DNA of 64,000 nucleotides from Raillietiella orientalis (lineage: Eukaryota): positions 1,488,001 through 1,552,000 of the forward strand of contig JAYWIR010000027.1 of NCBI GenBank assembly GCA_036172245.1, written 5' to 3'. Position numbers and translations under genes: made by a program. The notes beneath the pieces are model-generated. The model saw nothing but the letters and a program-made list of their open reading frames with translations, was not told the origin of the DNA and did no database searches. The first letter of the stretch is position 1. Each line of letters starts with the position of its first letter. Below are positions 33,976-46,620 of the stretch, piece by piece.

Positions 33976-36900
33976 GCTTTGTATTGTTTCTTTTTCCTTT
34001 TTGGGACCGTCCGTTTCTCCAGGGGGTGCCTTTCGAAGGCCTTGGACGCTGCCCACTCCACCCGAGGGTGGGTGGGTGCTGACTCTTCGGGAGAGGGATG
34101 ACCACGGAGGAACCACTCTACGAATGCAGGAAGGGTCCGGCCGGAGGGAGGAAGGGTCCGCTCTCCTCTTGAGCTGGGGAGGGGGCATCGGTCCCGGGTC
34201 GTCTCCGAAGGGAAGCCTGAAGGGCTCCTCGATATCTTGGAAGGATCCAGGAGGATCAACTTGCAGTCGCGGGCAGGGAGCGGGGTCATCCGTTGTTTTC
34301 CGGCTTCCACCGGTCCGTCCGCATCTGAGTAGGCTAGCACCTGTCATCCTGAAGAGGGGAACTCGTAAACCTCGTCGCACGCCTCCTCATTCTCGGCGTA
34401 GATCCTCCGTTCTCCCGGGTGGGATTCGAACTCTCGGCTTTCGGTGTCAGTGCAGCCACGCGGGTGCCAACGGGGTCGCTGGTGGGTACTCGGTTCGTGG
34501 CTTCTCTGCTTTGCCTTCGTCCTTTCCTTTGCCCCTTCGGTGCTGCCATCAGACGAACCACCGAGAACGTCCCGAGGGCAGCCTTCTTGGACACAGGGAG
34601 ATCCCGATGCTGACTGAATGTCTTGTGTGCTCCGGGATGGTGGAGTGGTCCTCCTTATGCTGGGACGGATGGGAAAAAAGAGAAAACGCCAGCTTACGAG
34701 CTTTCTCCAGAGAACGAACTGGACGTCGCGGGACATGCGGTGATCCCGTCCTGGACCCCCACCCCCCACCCAACATGTATCCTTTTCATAACTTTTTCGT
34801 TTCGCTTTGTCCCGTTTTTCCCCAAACCCCTGCGTCCCCGCACCGGACCCCGATTGGCAAGTGGGAAAGAACTTCCTTTGCTTACCGTACGTGGCAGAAC
34901 CACGTGTTCTATCGAAAATGCTTTTTATTTTTTTTCCTATGATACATGCTCCGGATCCGGGCGAAAGCGATTGGAGTTATCGCAGAGGTGAGTCCAATCG
35001 CAGCGCAGTGGACGAGTCTCTCCCTGGAGGCATCTACATCCTAACCAAGGTCGCCTCGAAGCCAGGTGACCGTCGCAGCAACACGCTGTCATCCGTAGCG
35101 GTCGTCGAAGCCGGGGATCAACCGAAACCGTTGGTTTCTTCTTGCGAACTGCTTTCTGGTTTTGCGTGCTGCTGCAGCCATGCCTTGTTTTTCTGTGTTG
35201 TTTTGCTTTGCTTCTTCAAACCGAACGACGAGGACCACGTTTCCTAAGCGCAATCCACCCACGAGATGAGCGAATCGCTTAGCTGCCGCCAGCGGATCGT
35301 GCCGGATCCCTCCTCCGCATGCCGGCAGGCGACGAACCGTCCGCTCTGCTGTCAGCCTCCTTCTCCTCCTTCGAGGTCGCCGTCCACAGTCAACGGATGC
35401 CGGGCAATTTTCATTCTGCGGCGCAAGGCGCTCCCCAGCGTCGGTGAAGGACACGGACCCGCCGGGCTCGCGGGTCTTCGCCGAGAGGCGTGCAAGGAAT
35501 CACGGGAAACCGCCGGCCGTTCCCGCTGACCAGAGGTGCGACGCCAAGCCGGAGCAAAGAACCGAGACGGGCGCGAAGCGGAGGGGGCTCCCGGAGTTTG
35601 CAGATGGGGGGAGATTCCTGCCTCCCCAGGGAAAGATTTGCTGCACGTGGGCGACTGAAACGAAACCACGATTCAGTGGAAGGTGTCGGCGGCAGAGGCA
35701 ACGCGGGTGCTCGAGAGGCCGTGTCGCAGGCGGCTTTGCGGAGTGTCGGAACGCCTCGTTCGAATTGGCGTCTCCGCAGAAACCAGGCGGATGGGCTGGC
35801 TGGCTGGTTCCCGCTCTAAGCCCTGCGAGCCTGCCCACCGGTAGGAAGACGGCGGAGAAGGTTGTCATCGTGCCGTTACCCGGCCGTCGAATCGGCCTGC
35901 TTCGGGTCGGCGTCCAGAGCGCTGTGCCTGCAGTGGCCTCGGGAGGCGAAAAGCGGAGCGAGCGGTCCCTCCACAGTCGAACCACGGTGGCCTTAGGCTG
36001 CTTCACGCGCATTTGGTGGACAACGCGCGGAGTCCTTCGCTCCGGTTCCGTGCGCGAGAAGAAGGGGTGGAGGAGGTCCATGTGACGGAGAGTGGCGGTC
36101 GCGCCCTTCATTTCTCTGCGTGCCCCGAGCTTCAGACTTCCTCTGGAAGCTTCTCGGGGCGCCTCTGCGATGAGGAACCTTTCTTCCGTCCTGAGGTGCT
36201 CTCATCAGCACGCTGACTGTCGGCGGTGGGGTCGCTGGGTGACCGCACGGTTGCCCGCGGGACGCGTCCTGCGGAGCCGCCTGAAGACCGAAGGAGGAGG
36301 GGTACTCCAGGCCGCGCAGAGGCAAGACCGAGCACGCGCGAACTCCGCGCGGCCCTAGCGGGACGCCCGTTAAGGTCGTGCGCCGCCCGCCGAGTCTTCT
36401 CCGGTCGCTCCCCGAGCGCCCGCGAGGGGTGTGTTGTGCTTGCTCCCAGGCGGATTCTGCCACTCAGCTCTCTCACCCAGAAAGCACTTAAAGGGGCGCG
36501 CAGGGAGCGCCGGTCCGGTCGAGACCCTCGAAACCCCCTTTCCTCGCCCTGTCCTCTCGCCAACCGGCACGGCGGCCGCAGAAGCCCTTCGAAACGCATC
36601 GCCTTTGTCTTCGCAGGCGCCCTGTGGCGTCGCGCCGCATTCTGCCTTTGGGAAGGCGGAAGAGGGAGGGAGGGGGAGGGCACCATTACCGAGGTGGTGC
36701 GCGCACATCTATGGACTTTCGAGCTCCCGGGAGCATCTTCGTCCTTGGGCATCCCAGAAGACCCGGCGATCCGGGGTTGAATCGCGCGACCTGGCGTTTG
36801 GGTCCCTGGAGGTGGAAGGGGGGAACGCTTTGTTCCCGTATTGTCCGTCTTTTTTCTCTCGAGAGTTTCCGGCGAACTTTTGAACCGGCCGCGCGCTTCT

Positions 36901-37820
36901 TGCATGGTGGCGCAGCCTCGTTTCTTGAAGAGGAGGTCGGTCACAGCGGTGGCGTCGCGCCGGATGCGGACCGGCGTCTACCGTCGCCTTCACGCGAGCA
37001 GGGCGTCGCGTTTCGTAGAGCAGGGGGGCGTAAGTGCCGTCCGCAGCGATCGAGGGTGCGCGGCAAAGGTCCCCCCTTGCGAGCGGCACCGACGGGCAGC
37101 TGGACCTTCCATCCGCTTCCCAGCTGCGGCAGAACCGAACCGCTCTCGCTCCGCGACCTCCATGCGCTGGTTTTGACGCGACCACGCAGGTCAAAAGATG
37201 ACGTGCGCGGGGGAAAGCTTCGACTGGCTCCTTTCCCCTTTTTACTCCCCGGAGCCCTCCGGAAGCTCCAGGTGTCCGAATTCAGAATGCGGGGATCGAG
37301 TACCTCCGGTTGCCGTGGAAACATCCTCCGTCCCGGTGGCGTTGCCTGTCCTGTAGCGGACCTGCCGCTCCCCTATATGCAAACGACCATCACGCCCACT
37401 ACAGCAGATGATACGAACCTTCCCTCCTCACGCGCGAACCTCCTCCAGCTTCCACAGGATGTACGCTCCAGGGGGCAGTGCGGGAAGCCTTCGCTTCCGG
37501 TTGCAGCTCCCCCTCCCGAGGAGGGTGTTTGCCTGGAGCGTTCGCCGAGACGTCCGGGTGCAGCACGGCGGGGACGCGGCCTCGGTCAGCAGCCTCCGGG
37601 AGCAGACACCAGCAGACGCCTGAGACACAGTGAAATCAGGGTTTGCATTCTCCGTGGATCTGCAACCCACGAGAGGGACGTTGGGAAACTAAGAGGCGGG
37701 AAGGTGCGACTCAATAAGGAATTTGACAGTCAGAACCAGCGAACGAGCAAACATATCGTGCTCTCTTCCAGCTTCGTTCCAGCGTTTCAGTGGCTCAGAG
37801 CAACCCCAGTCTACATGTGA
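33976..37820. mobile_element. Mirror copies of SINE D (33976-34476, -), LINE d (34481-34966, +) and the 5' part of LINE c (35240-37820, +)
   Basis: Lies within the right arm as the exact reverse complement of left-arm elements. Confidence 0.7.
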
Positions 37821-37949
37821 AAAAGGCACCGGGAGGTCAGCGTTGAGTTGGTCTAGACAAAGCAGGGCAGGGCAGGGTGAAATGGGATACCTCGGACCAG
37901 GGTAAGTCAGGTTAAGTCGGAGTAGGTCAGGGCAAGTTAGCTCAAGTCA

Positions 37950-38045
37950 GGAGCACTCCTTATTCTCAGCGTAGATCCTCTGTTCTCCCGTGCGGGATTT
38001 GAAGCTGCGGCTCTCGGTGTCAGTGCAGCCACGTGGTCGCCAGCC
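37950..38045 (-). mobile_element. Isolated tRNA-like SINE head abutting the right-arm outer breakpoint
   Basis: Minus strand CGTGGCTGCACTGACACCGAGAGCCGCAGCTTCAAATCCCGCACGGGAGAACAGAGGATCTACGCTGAGAATAAGGAG closely matches the head at 21781-21858. Confidence 0.7.
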
Positions 38046-38059
38046 AGAGGCGTGGTTTG

Positions 38060-39060
38060 GGGTCATTCCTTAGGTCGTCTCTTCGCTTAGACTCCCGAAC
38101 AACGGGAAGATGGTGGTGCGCCGGTGCCGTGATGGGAGATAGGGTAGGGTGGGTGAGGCGTCTATCAGGTAGTGCGAAAGTCATCCTTGGGGACACTCCG
38201 GTGTGCCGGGCATTAATCTCCCGCGCCGCATGGAAAGAAGTGCACAGCCGCTGGGAAATTCCACGGGCAGGGGAATCAACTTCCAGGTTGCACTGTCAGC
38301 CGTATGTAGTTCTTTTATTTTGAAGGGGATTGCGCTCTTCGGGTTCGCGGTTTTCGGGATGACTTCACGAGGTCCAGGGCTCCGGGAATGGAGACTTCTC
38401 GTCGGTGGAAGAGTCCCTTCGGGTCGAATAGGTTCGATCCGAAAGTCCTCACCGTCCGCCCTGCAGGGAGTGACCCAGCCCCACTCCTTCTTGTCCCGCG
38501 CTTTCATGGCCATCCTGGAGGGAGGATGGCAGCCAGATGATGGTTCAACCGGCCTTCCGTGCCTAAGGCCGATCAAGGCGACCGGGTCGGGGTCTCTGTG
38601 TAGCCCGCCAGCTTTTCCTCCTCCGCAGCCGCCGCAAGGCTGGGCGGGGTCCACCGTCGACTGCACGGAACTCCCTAGAGCCGCTCCTCCCGGAGGACCT
38701 CATCAAACCTCCTCCCGTGTGCCTTCCTAGACTCGGCTGCGGGCGCGGGGGAGGGAGCGTCGGAACCTCCGCTTCTTCCTGTGTCGTTCCTCTGGCAGCC
38801 ACTTCGAAAATCTTCCGTGCCGTGGCGACGAATCCGAAAAGCGCTCCAGGGCACTTTGGCGACTCTTCCAGACAAGCCCCAAGGTCACCCAGCAACCCCG
38901 AGATCGACCCGACCTTCCCTTTTCAAAGAGATCTCGCTGCGATTCTCGTGAAATCCCTGCGTGGGCAGCGGACGGATGGAAAGGCGAAAGGACCGTTCTG
39001 AGTGGTCGACTCCGCTTGCACGCGAAGTTCGGGCGAAATAGCCCTTCCCGCGTTCTCTGG
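38060..39060 (-). mobile_element. LINE internal fragment, copy e (pre-RT and RT N-terminus)
   Basis: LHSRSPGPRE (cf. KSPGPDG) and IPFKIKELHTADSATWKLIPL (cf. LIPK......NWRPISL). Confidence 0.5.
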
Positions 39061-39064
39061 TTGA

Positions 39065-42000
39065 CGCTCGGTCACACCGGGAGGTTTATTTATAAAATAC
39101 ATGAACATGTATGTGGCAGGACGTTTTATCCTGCCAGGTTACTTATGAATACGACAAGGAACCTGCCGGGAACCGGCATGCAGGCCAGCGGGGTTCGTCG
39201 CGGCAGCACAAGGGAAGGGAAGACAAACAAAAAGAAAAAAAAAACACAAAAAATGCAGTGAAAAAAGGAAGGAGGCTCGAGAAGGGATCACCGGGTGCTG
39301 AAGGGAGTCCTCTGCATCGTTGTAAGGATGCCCGCAAGTTCCTGTTTCAAGACTCTCAGCTGGAAACGTCATCCTCATGAAGAGGACCGCAAAGTAGATG
39401 GCGCTCCTGTGGTTCTGGCCCCTCTAGAGTTTCTCCATGCAGCCACGATCCTGCGTAGGCAGCATAAGCCTGCTAACGAGGCGTCTCGTAGGTGGAGGAG
39501 CCATAAAGCGTCCCTGGAGTTGCCGACGGGGTTCCAATGGTCGCAATATAGCGTCTCCAATGGGGCCGGAGGGCAACACAGTCCACTAAGAGGTGCAGGA
39601 GGGGTTCCTGCTCCCCTCACCTTGCACGGTTCGAGTCCACATACGCCCGTGTCCAATGATGCCGGCGAGCGTTGCACGGGAGTCCCCAATGAAGCAGCAT
39701 CAATGCCGACTACTGTCACTTTTAGGGGAGGGTGTGGGTGTTCAGGTCCTGCAGGTCTTCCTCCGGAATACGCAGTAACTCGCCCCAGCACAAGAGTCCA
39801 TGAGGTCAAGCACTCGAGGTCTCATCGTTTGCTAACTGGCCCGTCATCCACTCGCCCAGGCCTTTCCTCCTTTCGGAGATTTCCACGGTAACCTCCCATC
39901 TAGCCGTAAGGCAGCAGCCCATATGCTGTCTAAGGGAGGGCAGCGCGGCGGAGAGGGAGGTTCTGCTTGCCCATGAACTCTTCGCGGGATCTTCCAGGAT
40001 CTCCCGGAGCGTGCAGTTGTTGTTGCGCGCGTACTGGAAGCGTCGCCCCTGTTCCGCTCTTGGCTCCTGGATTCTCGCCCACGTGCGCACGGTTCCCTGC
40101 AGCCAGGCACTGCTGTTCGCGGGGCGGCATGAGATCCATTCGTTTTTCCTCGCCAGCGTGGCCACTTGCCGCAGGTGCAGTCCGCCGTGGATGAGACTGC
40201 ATGGACGGCGCGCAAGGAAGGACGCGAGTCCCACGCTGCCGGTGGCTCGCTGGACGAGAAGACGTGCAGGTTGGCACCAGGTGGTGTTCCAGAGGTTTGC
40301 CACGAAGGTCAGTGTTCGAAACTGGAGCTGCAGCTCCATTCGCCCCAGCGTCAGGAGGCCGAGACTGTCTTCCCAGAGCGGAGCACACAAGTCCTTTGTC
40401 CTTTGTCCAAGCATACCAGACTGTCCTAGGCGGGCTCAGGGCCTCCCTTTGCCCCAGAAGGCGATCCCGAGAGGGTCTTCCGTCCGCTTCCTGATGTGTT
40501 CTGGCGAAGGTTTAAAGACGCTTTTTAAGGCTGGTGTGGCACGGATGGAAGCCAGAAATCGATGCCCCCGATGACAGGCCGGGGACTTTCCAGGAATCAG
40601 AATCAAGGAGCCGGTTCCCCTCCGAGTTCCCACTCAGCGCGAAAATGGTGCCGATTCCCTTCTTCCTAGGGGGGACCCTCTATAGCGCACCATGGAGCTG
40701 ATAGGTTGATGACACCTCTTCAGGGTGTGAAGAAGCGCGCTGCTCCCTTCGGGAGCGGCCCTTCAGAGAAATAGGGAGACATCCCTTCAGGGTCAACTCC
40801 AGAGGAGGAAACAGGGAGCGGATGCCTAGGAGTTTCCTCCGGAGAGGAAAATGAGGAGTGACCCCCTCCAGAGGGGGTCCCTCCGGAGAGAGCGAGGAAG
40901 AGGTGGTTCCCTTCGGGATTCCCCTCCCAAGCGTAAGAGGAACGGCCTCTTTCCTCTGGAGCCTTCCTGGATTCATAAGGTGGCCCCATAACTTGAAGAG
41001 TTGCGCTCACCCTCGGTTGGCGTGGACAGCGCCAAAGAGCCTCGCAAGCACCTAGGCGGACGGTTCTTGAGTACTCAGCGAATCAAAAAAAAAAGGAAAA
41101 CCGGAAAAAACTATAATGCTGGAGGGAAAAGACCCAAAGTAGGCCAGCAGTAGAGACCTCATGGGGAGCTCGCTACTGGCCTTAAAAAAAGGAAAAGAAG
41201 AGTAGCATCAGTAGCTGCGGCGTCTGCGCGCTTTAGCCAGACACTCGCCCGAGCACTCCGGCGGAAAGTAACGCAATCATCCGCAAGATGGTGGAGGATG
41301 TGCCGCTGCGGGGCGAGGCGACGAGAAGAAATTCGTCGGAAGGCGTCCCGCGAGCGTCCACCTGCACGGAGGCGGCCAGAGCGCCCAGCGGAGGGATCTG
41401 CAGCCGCGAGAAGGACGGACAGGAGCCACGCGCGTGTTTGTTCCCCACGCCAAGACGCGCGTAAGCTCTTCGAACGCGCACCTGAGGACTGCCCACCGCC
41501 ATCGATGCTGACCCATCCGAATACCCCGCCCATCTCGAGAGTCGCAGCTGAGCTGGGATCCAGTCCAATGAGCGGCGGCGGCAGCTCCATTCCTGCCCTC
41601 GCGCGGTGGGCAGGGTCAGCCACGCGTCTTTCCGTGGCTCCCGGATTTCGATCCACATTTCATCCACGCCCGGAGCAACCTGGTTCGACCGGTCAAACCG
41701 TGCGCGCGTCTTGGCGCTATACGCAAGCCGAGGAGGAAGGGGGGGAGGAGGGAAGAACTCGTTGAGCCGCACAAAGCTGCGGACTGGACACCCGTCTCGA
41801 GCACAAAAAAATGGACCAAGGACGAAGGAAAGTCCACCGAGAAGAAGGGGAAAAAATCCACGTACATCGAGAGCCGAGGTCCGCGCATCCCGCAGGAGTC
41901 ATCGAATTTTCCGGCTTCTTGGACTGGATCTTCCGGGTGGAACCCTAGTGCAGCTCCATCTTCCGTGCCCTGGCAACTCGGAGAGAAGATCCCCGCGCGC

Positions 42001-43880
42001 GGGGAGCTCCTCCTCTTCCTTCTCCTCCTCCTGCCTTCGCGGAAGCATCTCGAGGAGGACGGACGCTCTTCCTGTGTTCATCCCATTTCTCCTCCTCTTT
42101 TTTTTTCCCGTCCCTCCCCACATCCTCTTTGACTCGGCGACCAACCAAACCCAGTCTTCTCCACGGCCGAGCCTTCCGGTCGGCTGCCGCAGAGCCTCTT
42201 GACGGCCCGTTGCGGCGCTGGGAGGGTGGCGACAGCCCGAACATCAGCTCCCCTCGCGTTGTGAAGGCGAGTGGGAAATCATCACTGCCGGGGGGAAAGG
42301 ATCCGAGTCGGATCTCGGGAGGAAGGCGGCTAACCGATCTTCCACGCGTCTGCAAGTCGGTAGGTCGCTGTAGACGGCGGGAGCGCCAGTCGCCGCGTCT
42401 CGACGCCGGTTGCCACGCGAAACGACAGAGCAGCGGGAGAAGGGTTCCTATCCCCTGGATACCTCCCTCCCCCCCTCCTTTCCTTCCCCTTCCCTGCCGC
42501 CAGCACTCAAACTTCAGCGCCGTTCCTGGCCGCTTCTTCAACCTCCAAGATCCAAATCGGAGGACCTCGCTGAGTCCGGCTTTCGCCGCAGGCGATCATC
42601 TGGAGCCACGCGAGTCTGGGAACACCACCGACGGGCTGGAACATCCAGGACCGGATGGCCCCTCTAAGCTGGAATGCAGCAGCTCCGGAGAGGCGCCGGC
42701 GCTCCTGGTTTCACGCGGGAAGGTGTCTCTCCCGGGCACCAGAGCAGTGCCGTTAAGGAAAAAACTGCGCAGGGATGCCAAGTACAGCTCCGTCGAAGGC
42801 TTCGAGCTCGCCTGCCTCCGGAGTGTGGCGCCCGAGCCTCCTGCTCGGAGCCCACTGGCGATGTCTCCGGCTGAGCGAAAAGAATGAGCCCTCGGTCATC
42901 TTCCTTCGGATTCGCAGGCTGAAGTCATTAAGCGCCTTCTTCATTGTTTCCCAGAGGGATTCGTCTTCTTCCGATCGCGTTCCCGTGATGGGAAGGATCG
43001 ACATTGGGGTGGGGAGTCTTTCCGCGTGGTGACTTAGCCGTCCTTCCCTTTCAGAGGCAACCCGAAGGACCAGGCCAACCCCCACATTATTCCCCACAAC
43101 CCTAAGAATGGGAAATTTCCCCACCAAGACATTCCCCAGGCTCGTGGGGAAGGGGGAAGAGGGGGGGCTGGATAAAGCAGCTTCTCAGACATAAAGACTT
43201 CCCGAAGAAGAACGCGCGATAAAATTCCACGAGCCCCCTCTGGGCAGCGATCTCGTCACTCCCCGAAAGAGGGCGACGATACGCGCGCGCGGACTGGAAG
43301 AGGAAGCGCTTCTGGCGGATCGAAGGGAACGTGGAAATGGCAAGAGGAGGGGGGGGGGGGAGAAACTGACGGGTCCTTTCCCTCGGAAACCGACGACGAC
43401 TCCCGATCGAAAGCGGAGCGGCTGCTCTCGGAACACAAGCCGCTCCCCCGCTCCACATTCGGCGAAATCCCGAAACTGCCTTCCGGGAGATCCGCCCCGG
43501 GGAAAACGGCTGAAGTGATCCGAAGGTCGCACTTGCGTGCTCACTTGGGCGCGACCGGAGGCCAACGCACGCGAACGCACGCCGAGGTCAGCAGCGACAG
43601 CTCGAGGTCCAAGGGGCATCCAAAGATGCTGAAGGTTCCGCAAGGGTTCGACAGACGTCGTAAACGTCGAGCGCAGCCTCACGGTGCACGGAAACTGTCC
43701 GGCAGGGCACGGGTGCGTGGTGCACTCACGCGGGTAGGGGGCCCTTCGACTGCCGCCAGGGGCAAAACGCTGACCTCTCAGCAGAAAGGAGAGTGTGGAA
43801 TTCGAATGCGGAGCTCGCGACAACTGGGATGCTGTTGCTGCTGAGTTACCCACCCTGCTGCTAAGGGCGAAGCCACACCC
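39065..43880 (-). mobile_element. Decayed L1/Tx1-like LINE, copy f, interrupted by SINE C
   Basis: SLWETMKKALNDFS (post-endonuclease), FLRPWSIF, HHLADDCVTF (~41280), LCAPLWEDSLGL, CTLREILEDPAKSSWASRTSLSAALPSLR (homologous to 7967-8212) and a 3' AATAAA+hairpin at ~39068-39090. Confidence 0.8.
40575..41100 (+). mobile_element. 5'-truncated SINE, copy C, inserted antisense into LINE f
   Basis: Colinear with 13430-13992, including TAACTTGAAGAGTT, CGTGGACAGCG.CAAAGAGC and GCGGACGGTTCTT.AGTACT..GCGAA.C-A-tail. Confidence 0.85.
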
Positions 43881-44099
43881 TTCCGAAAGTCATGCTAAAG
43901 GGGGCAGCTTTGGCTTTATACACGACGCACATGGAAACGTGCTGGATACAACGAGATAAGGGAGTTTCTTCTCAGCACTGACGCGGCCGGCGCTGCCTGC
44001 TCACGCGACCATTCGAGTCGGATTGAAAGACCACCCAGTCATCGTCCAGAAGCGTTCATCAAGAATGCTGATTACCTACGAAACTTTGCGATAATTAAA

Positions 44100-46620
44100 A
44101 TTCACCCTTTTCATTTGTTTGTTTGTTTTCCCCTCCCGGGAAGGAATGCATATCCTCAAGGAACAAGGCGCGGCTCGAAACCGGAGTAGAAACAAGAACG
44201 CTCCTGTAATCCAAAAGGCAGCAGCAACTCAAGTAGCGCCTGGAGTGTGTGGGGAGGTGAACGGCGGAAACCTTCGTGCTGGAGTATCCTTGACTCGTGC
44301 GCCCAGCCATCCCGTGCGTCTGCTGAAGGTGTTGAAGTTCATTTCCACTTGATGCTCCCCGGTTCCAATGGCTTTGCCCTCATCACTGGAAACGATCTCC
44401 AACTGCGGGCACAAGCCAACAAGCTTTGCTTATTCCCTCCAGTGGGGAAGCTCTCTACAAGATAAATCAGCCTCCACCTGGAAACATCTCCTGAAATTAC
44501 CATGGGCAGCTGGCATCGATGCACGCTTAAGCCGAAGCTCCCCAGCTGGTTGTTCCTGTCAATTCAAGCACCAATTGCCAATCTACAGCCTCGGAAAGAA
44601 ACACCACCAGTGTGTGGCAGCCATTACTGTTGCAAAAGCGGTGGGTTGCTCCGCACTTGAGAGAGCTGCCGGCCGGCTCGTGCCTGCGATGGAATCGCCG
44701 TTACCTCGCGAAGGGCTCACAGAGCTCGGACTGAGGTGTCGGGCTGGGGAAACTCGGGTCGAATCCTCTCTTGTGGCCCAAAACAAAGACCCCCACGAGG
44801 GGTTGACTGGGAAGAGTAACGAATAGAAGGGGTGGTGACGCTGTCGCTTCTGAGACCCCGGTCACTCTGTGCTGGAGAAAACGAAATGTGAGCGACCTTT
44901 CTGCATCGGCCTTCCGAAGACGATGCTTCCGTGAGGAACAGGACAAAGGTAACGACTTGTCCCTAAAGTGGTGCCAGAGCGCGCACATTCTGGTAATCTC
45001 CCCGTATCCAACGAAACAGTAGGAAAGAGTGACGCAATCATCGATCACAATATAAACATATCGTGGGCATCGCCAATGTCCCAGACAAGACGTATAATCA
45101 ACCGCACTTGACGTATAACATTCGTGTTGACCACCTTCCTGTCGCAGATTTTATCTGACCTGGCTATTCGATGGAGTTGCAAAAAAATTCTTGGCAACAG
45201 CGTTTAACATCTGTAAATAAGATGTACGAGGGTTGCTTAGAAGAAACATGACCTCGGTTCCCCACGGCAAAGCAAAAGTGGGAATGACTAAGAAACAAAA
45301 CGTGCGACAACATATCGATCCCAGTAAGTTTTCTGGACCTCCATAGGACGTCGCCTTGCAGATCTACCGCACTGAGGAAAACTCGAAGGACGTCAATCCT
45401 CTCATCTGTGGATTCCTGCGCCATGACTTCCGCCTGCTGCAAGTGTTTCCATCAAGTCGTCCCATCTCCCTCGTCCCTATTTTCCCGTCGAAAATCGGGG
45501 CATTTCCTTCCCCTACCCTCACCCGTTGAGCGCGACCGCATTCGAATTTCGATGCCGGTCGAATGTGGACTGGTTGGGAGGCCGCTCGCGCGGGCCACGG
45601 GGCGCGAAAAGCTGACCCGGGATGTCAAGGCCAAGCTTCCTGCTCCTTTGGAAAGTTGCACGAAACCGAAGCTGCCCTGAGTCGCATTCGGCTCCCACAC
45701 TTCCTCAACGCTGACGGAGCACGCCCGGGGAGGCTGAAGAGCCACTTAGGAGCTTCGACAAAGGGCCTCCGGGAGCTGCACTCGCTTGCTGGTCACACAG
45801 GGCTGCGAACCGCAGCAAGTGAAAACCTCTTCGGCCATGGAGTCGTACGACGACATGCTTCCCGTAAGCACCCCGAAAGCCGGAAGCGAGTGTTTGTCTT
45901 TCGGTTGACCCGCGGTTAATCCGGACTATGGGCAGTGCGAACCTGCTGCCGAGCGTCACCTGCTGAAGCACAGAGCTACTCGCAAGCGATTGGTTTTCTT
46001 CTGCTTTTATAAACATTTTTTTCATGCTGGTCTTGCAGATCGAAAACACGCGACACCAACCGCTCCTTTAGCATGAAATGCTAAAGAGTCGCGGTCCTCT
46101 CCTCCTTTTCCCCTGCACAACAGCTCCTCTTCTTGTATAACGCTTGGTGATTCCAGGGGTATTACGGGGATGAAGGTGGTGAAAACTTGTTTTCGAGGCA
46201 GACAGCCTCGCGGCTTATTTAACTCACGGAAAAGTTTCACGATGGAAGGAATCCAATTACGTCACGATGCAACTCGCTGTCCCCGGACCGAGAGCTCCTT
46301 CTTCACTGCGGTGCGTGGCGACCTCTTCCTTTCAGCGAAGAAGATGACAGGGAGATAACTTCCATCTTTAAAATCTGCTTGGTTTATGTTACGAGTGTGC
46401 CTTTTTTCCCCTCTCTCTCTCTTTCTTGTCCAACGCAATGTGTGCAATAAAGCCATCCGGCCAATGATGCCCCGAAACAGGGAACAACCTCCACCCTTGA
46501 GGATCAAACGGGGAAAGGGAAAGTCCGTGCCGTTTGCACCTGTCTGGAACACCACCGAGTTTACCAACTGCCGAACGTGCACGTTCCCCAGGGAAAATTT
46601 CCAACCCGTTGCGGGTGCCA
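44100..46620 (-). mobile_element. Highly decayed Ty3/gypsy pol relic
   Basis: VVFQTGA (protease-like, ~46540), YVYIVIDDCVTLS (cf. YVYIDDILI.S, ~45030-45060) and FLQHRVTG (cf. FLGH.IS..G). Many stops. Confidence 0.4.

Larger units (their letters stand above)
29822..37932. repeat. Right arm of the large inverted duplication (8111 bp)
   Basis: Reverse complement of 18309-26418; visible differences at ~31790 (+1 G), ~33629, ~35447 and ~37069. Confidence 0.97.

Noticed and set aside
18309..37932. Palindrome as a giant TIR transposon (Maverick/Polinton or foldback)
   Set aside because: No TSD, no terminal motif, no polB/ATPase/capsid ORFs; the breakpoints cut through pre-existing TE relics.
14737..43853. 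Many long ORFs in the track (e.g. 14737-15999 420 aa, 18421-19617 398 aa, 21299-22468 389 aa, 26055-27236 393 aa and mirrors)
   Set aside because: They are stop-poor GC-rich frames over decayed TEs and SINEs; motifs hop between frames, so they are not intact genes.
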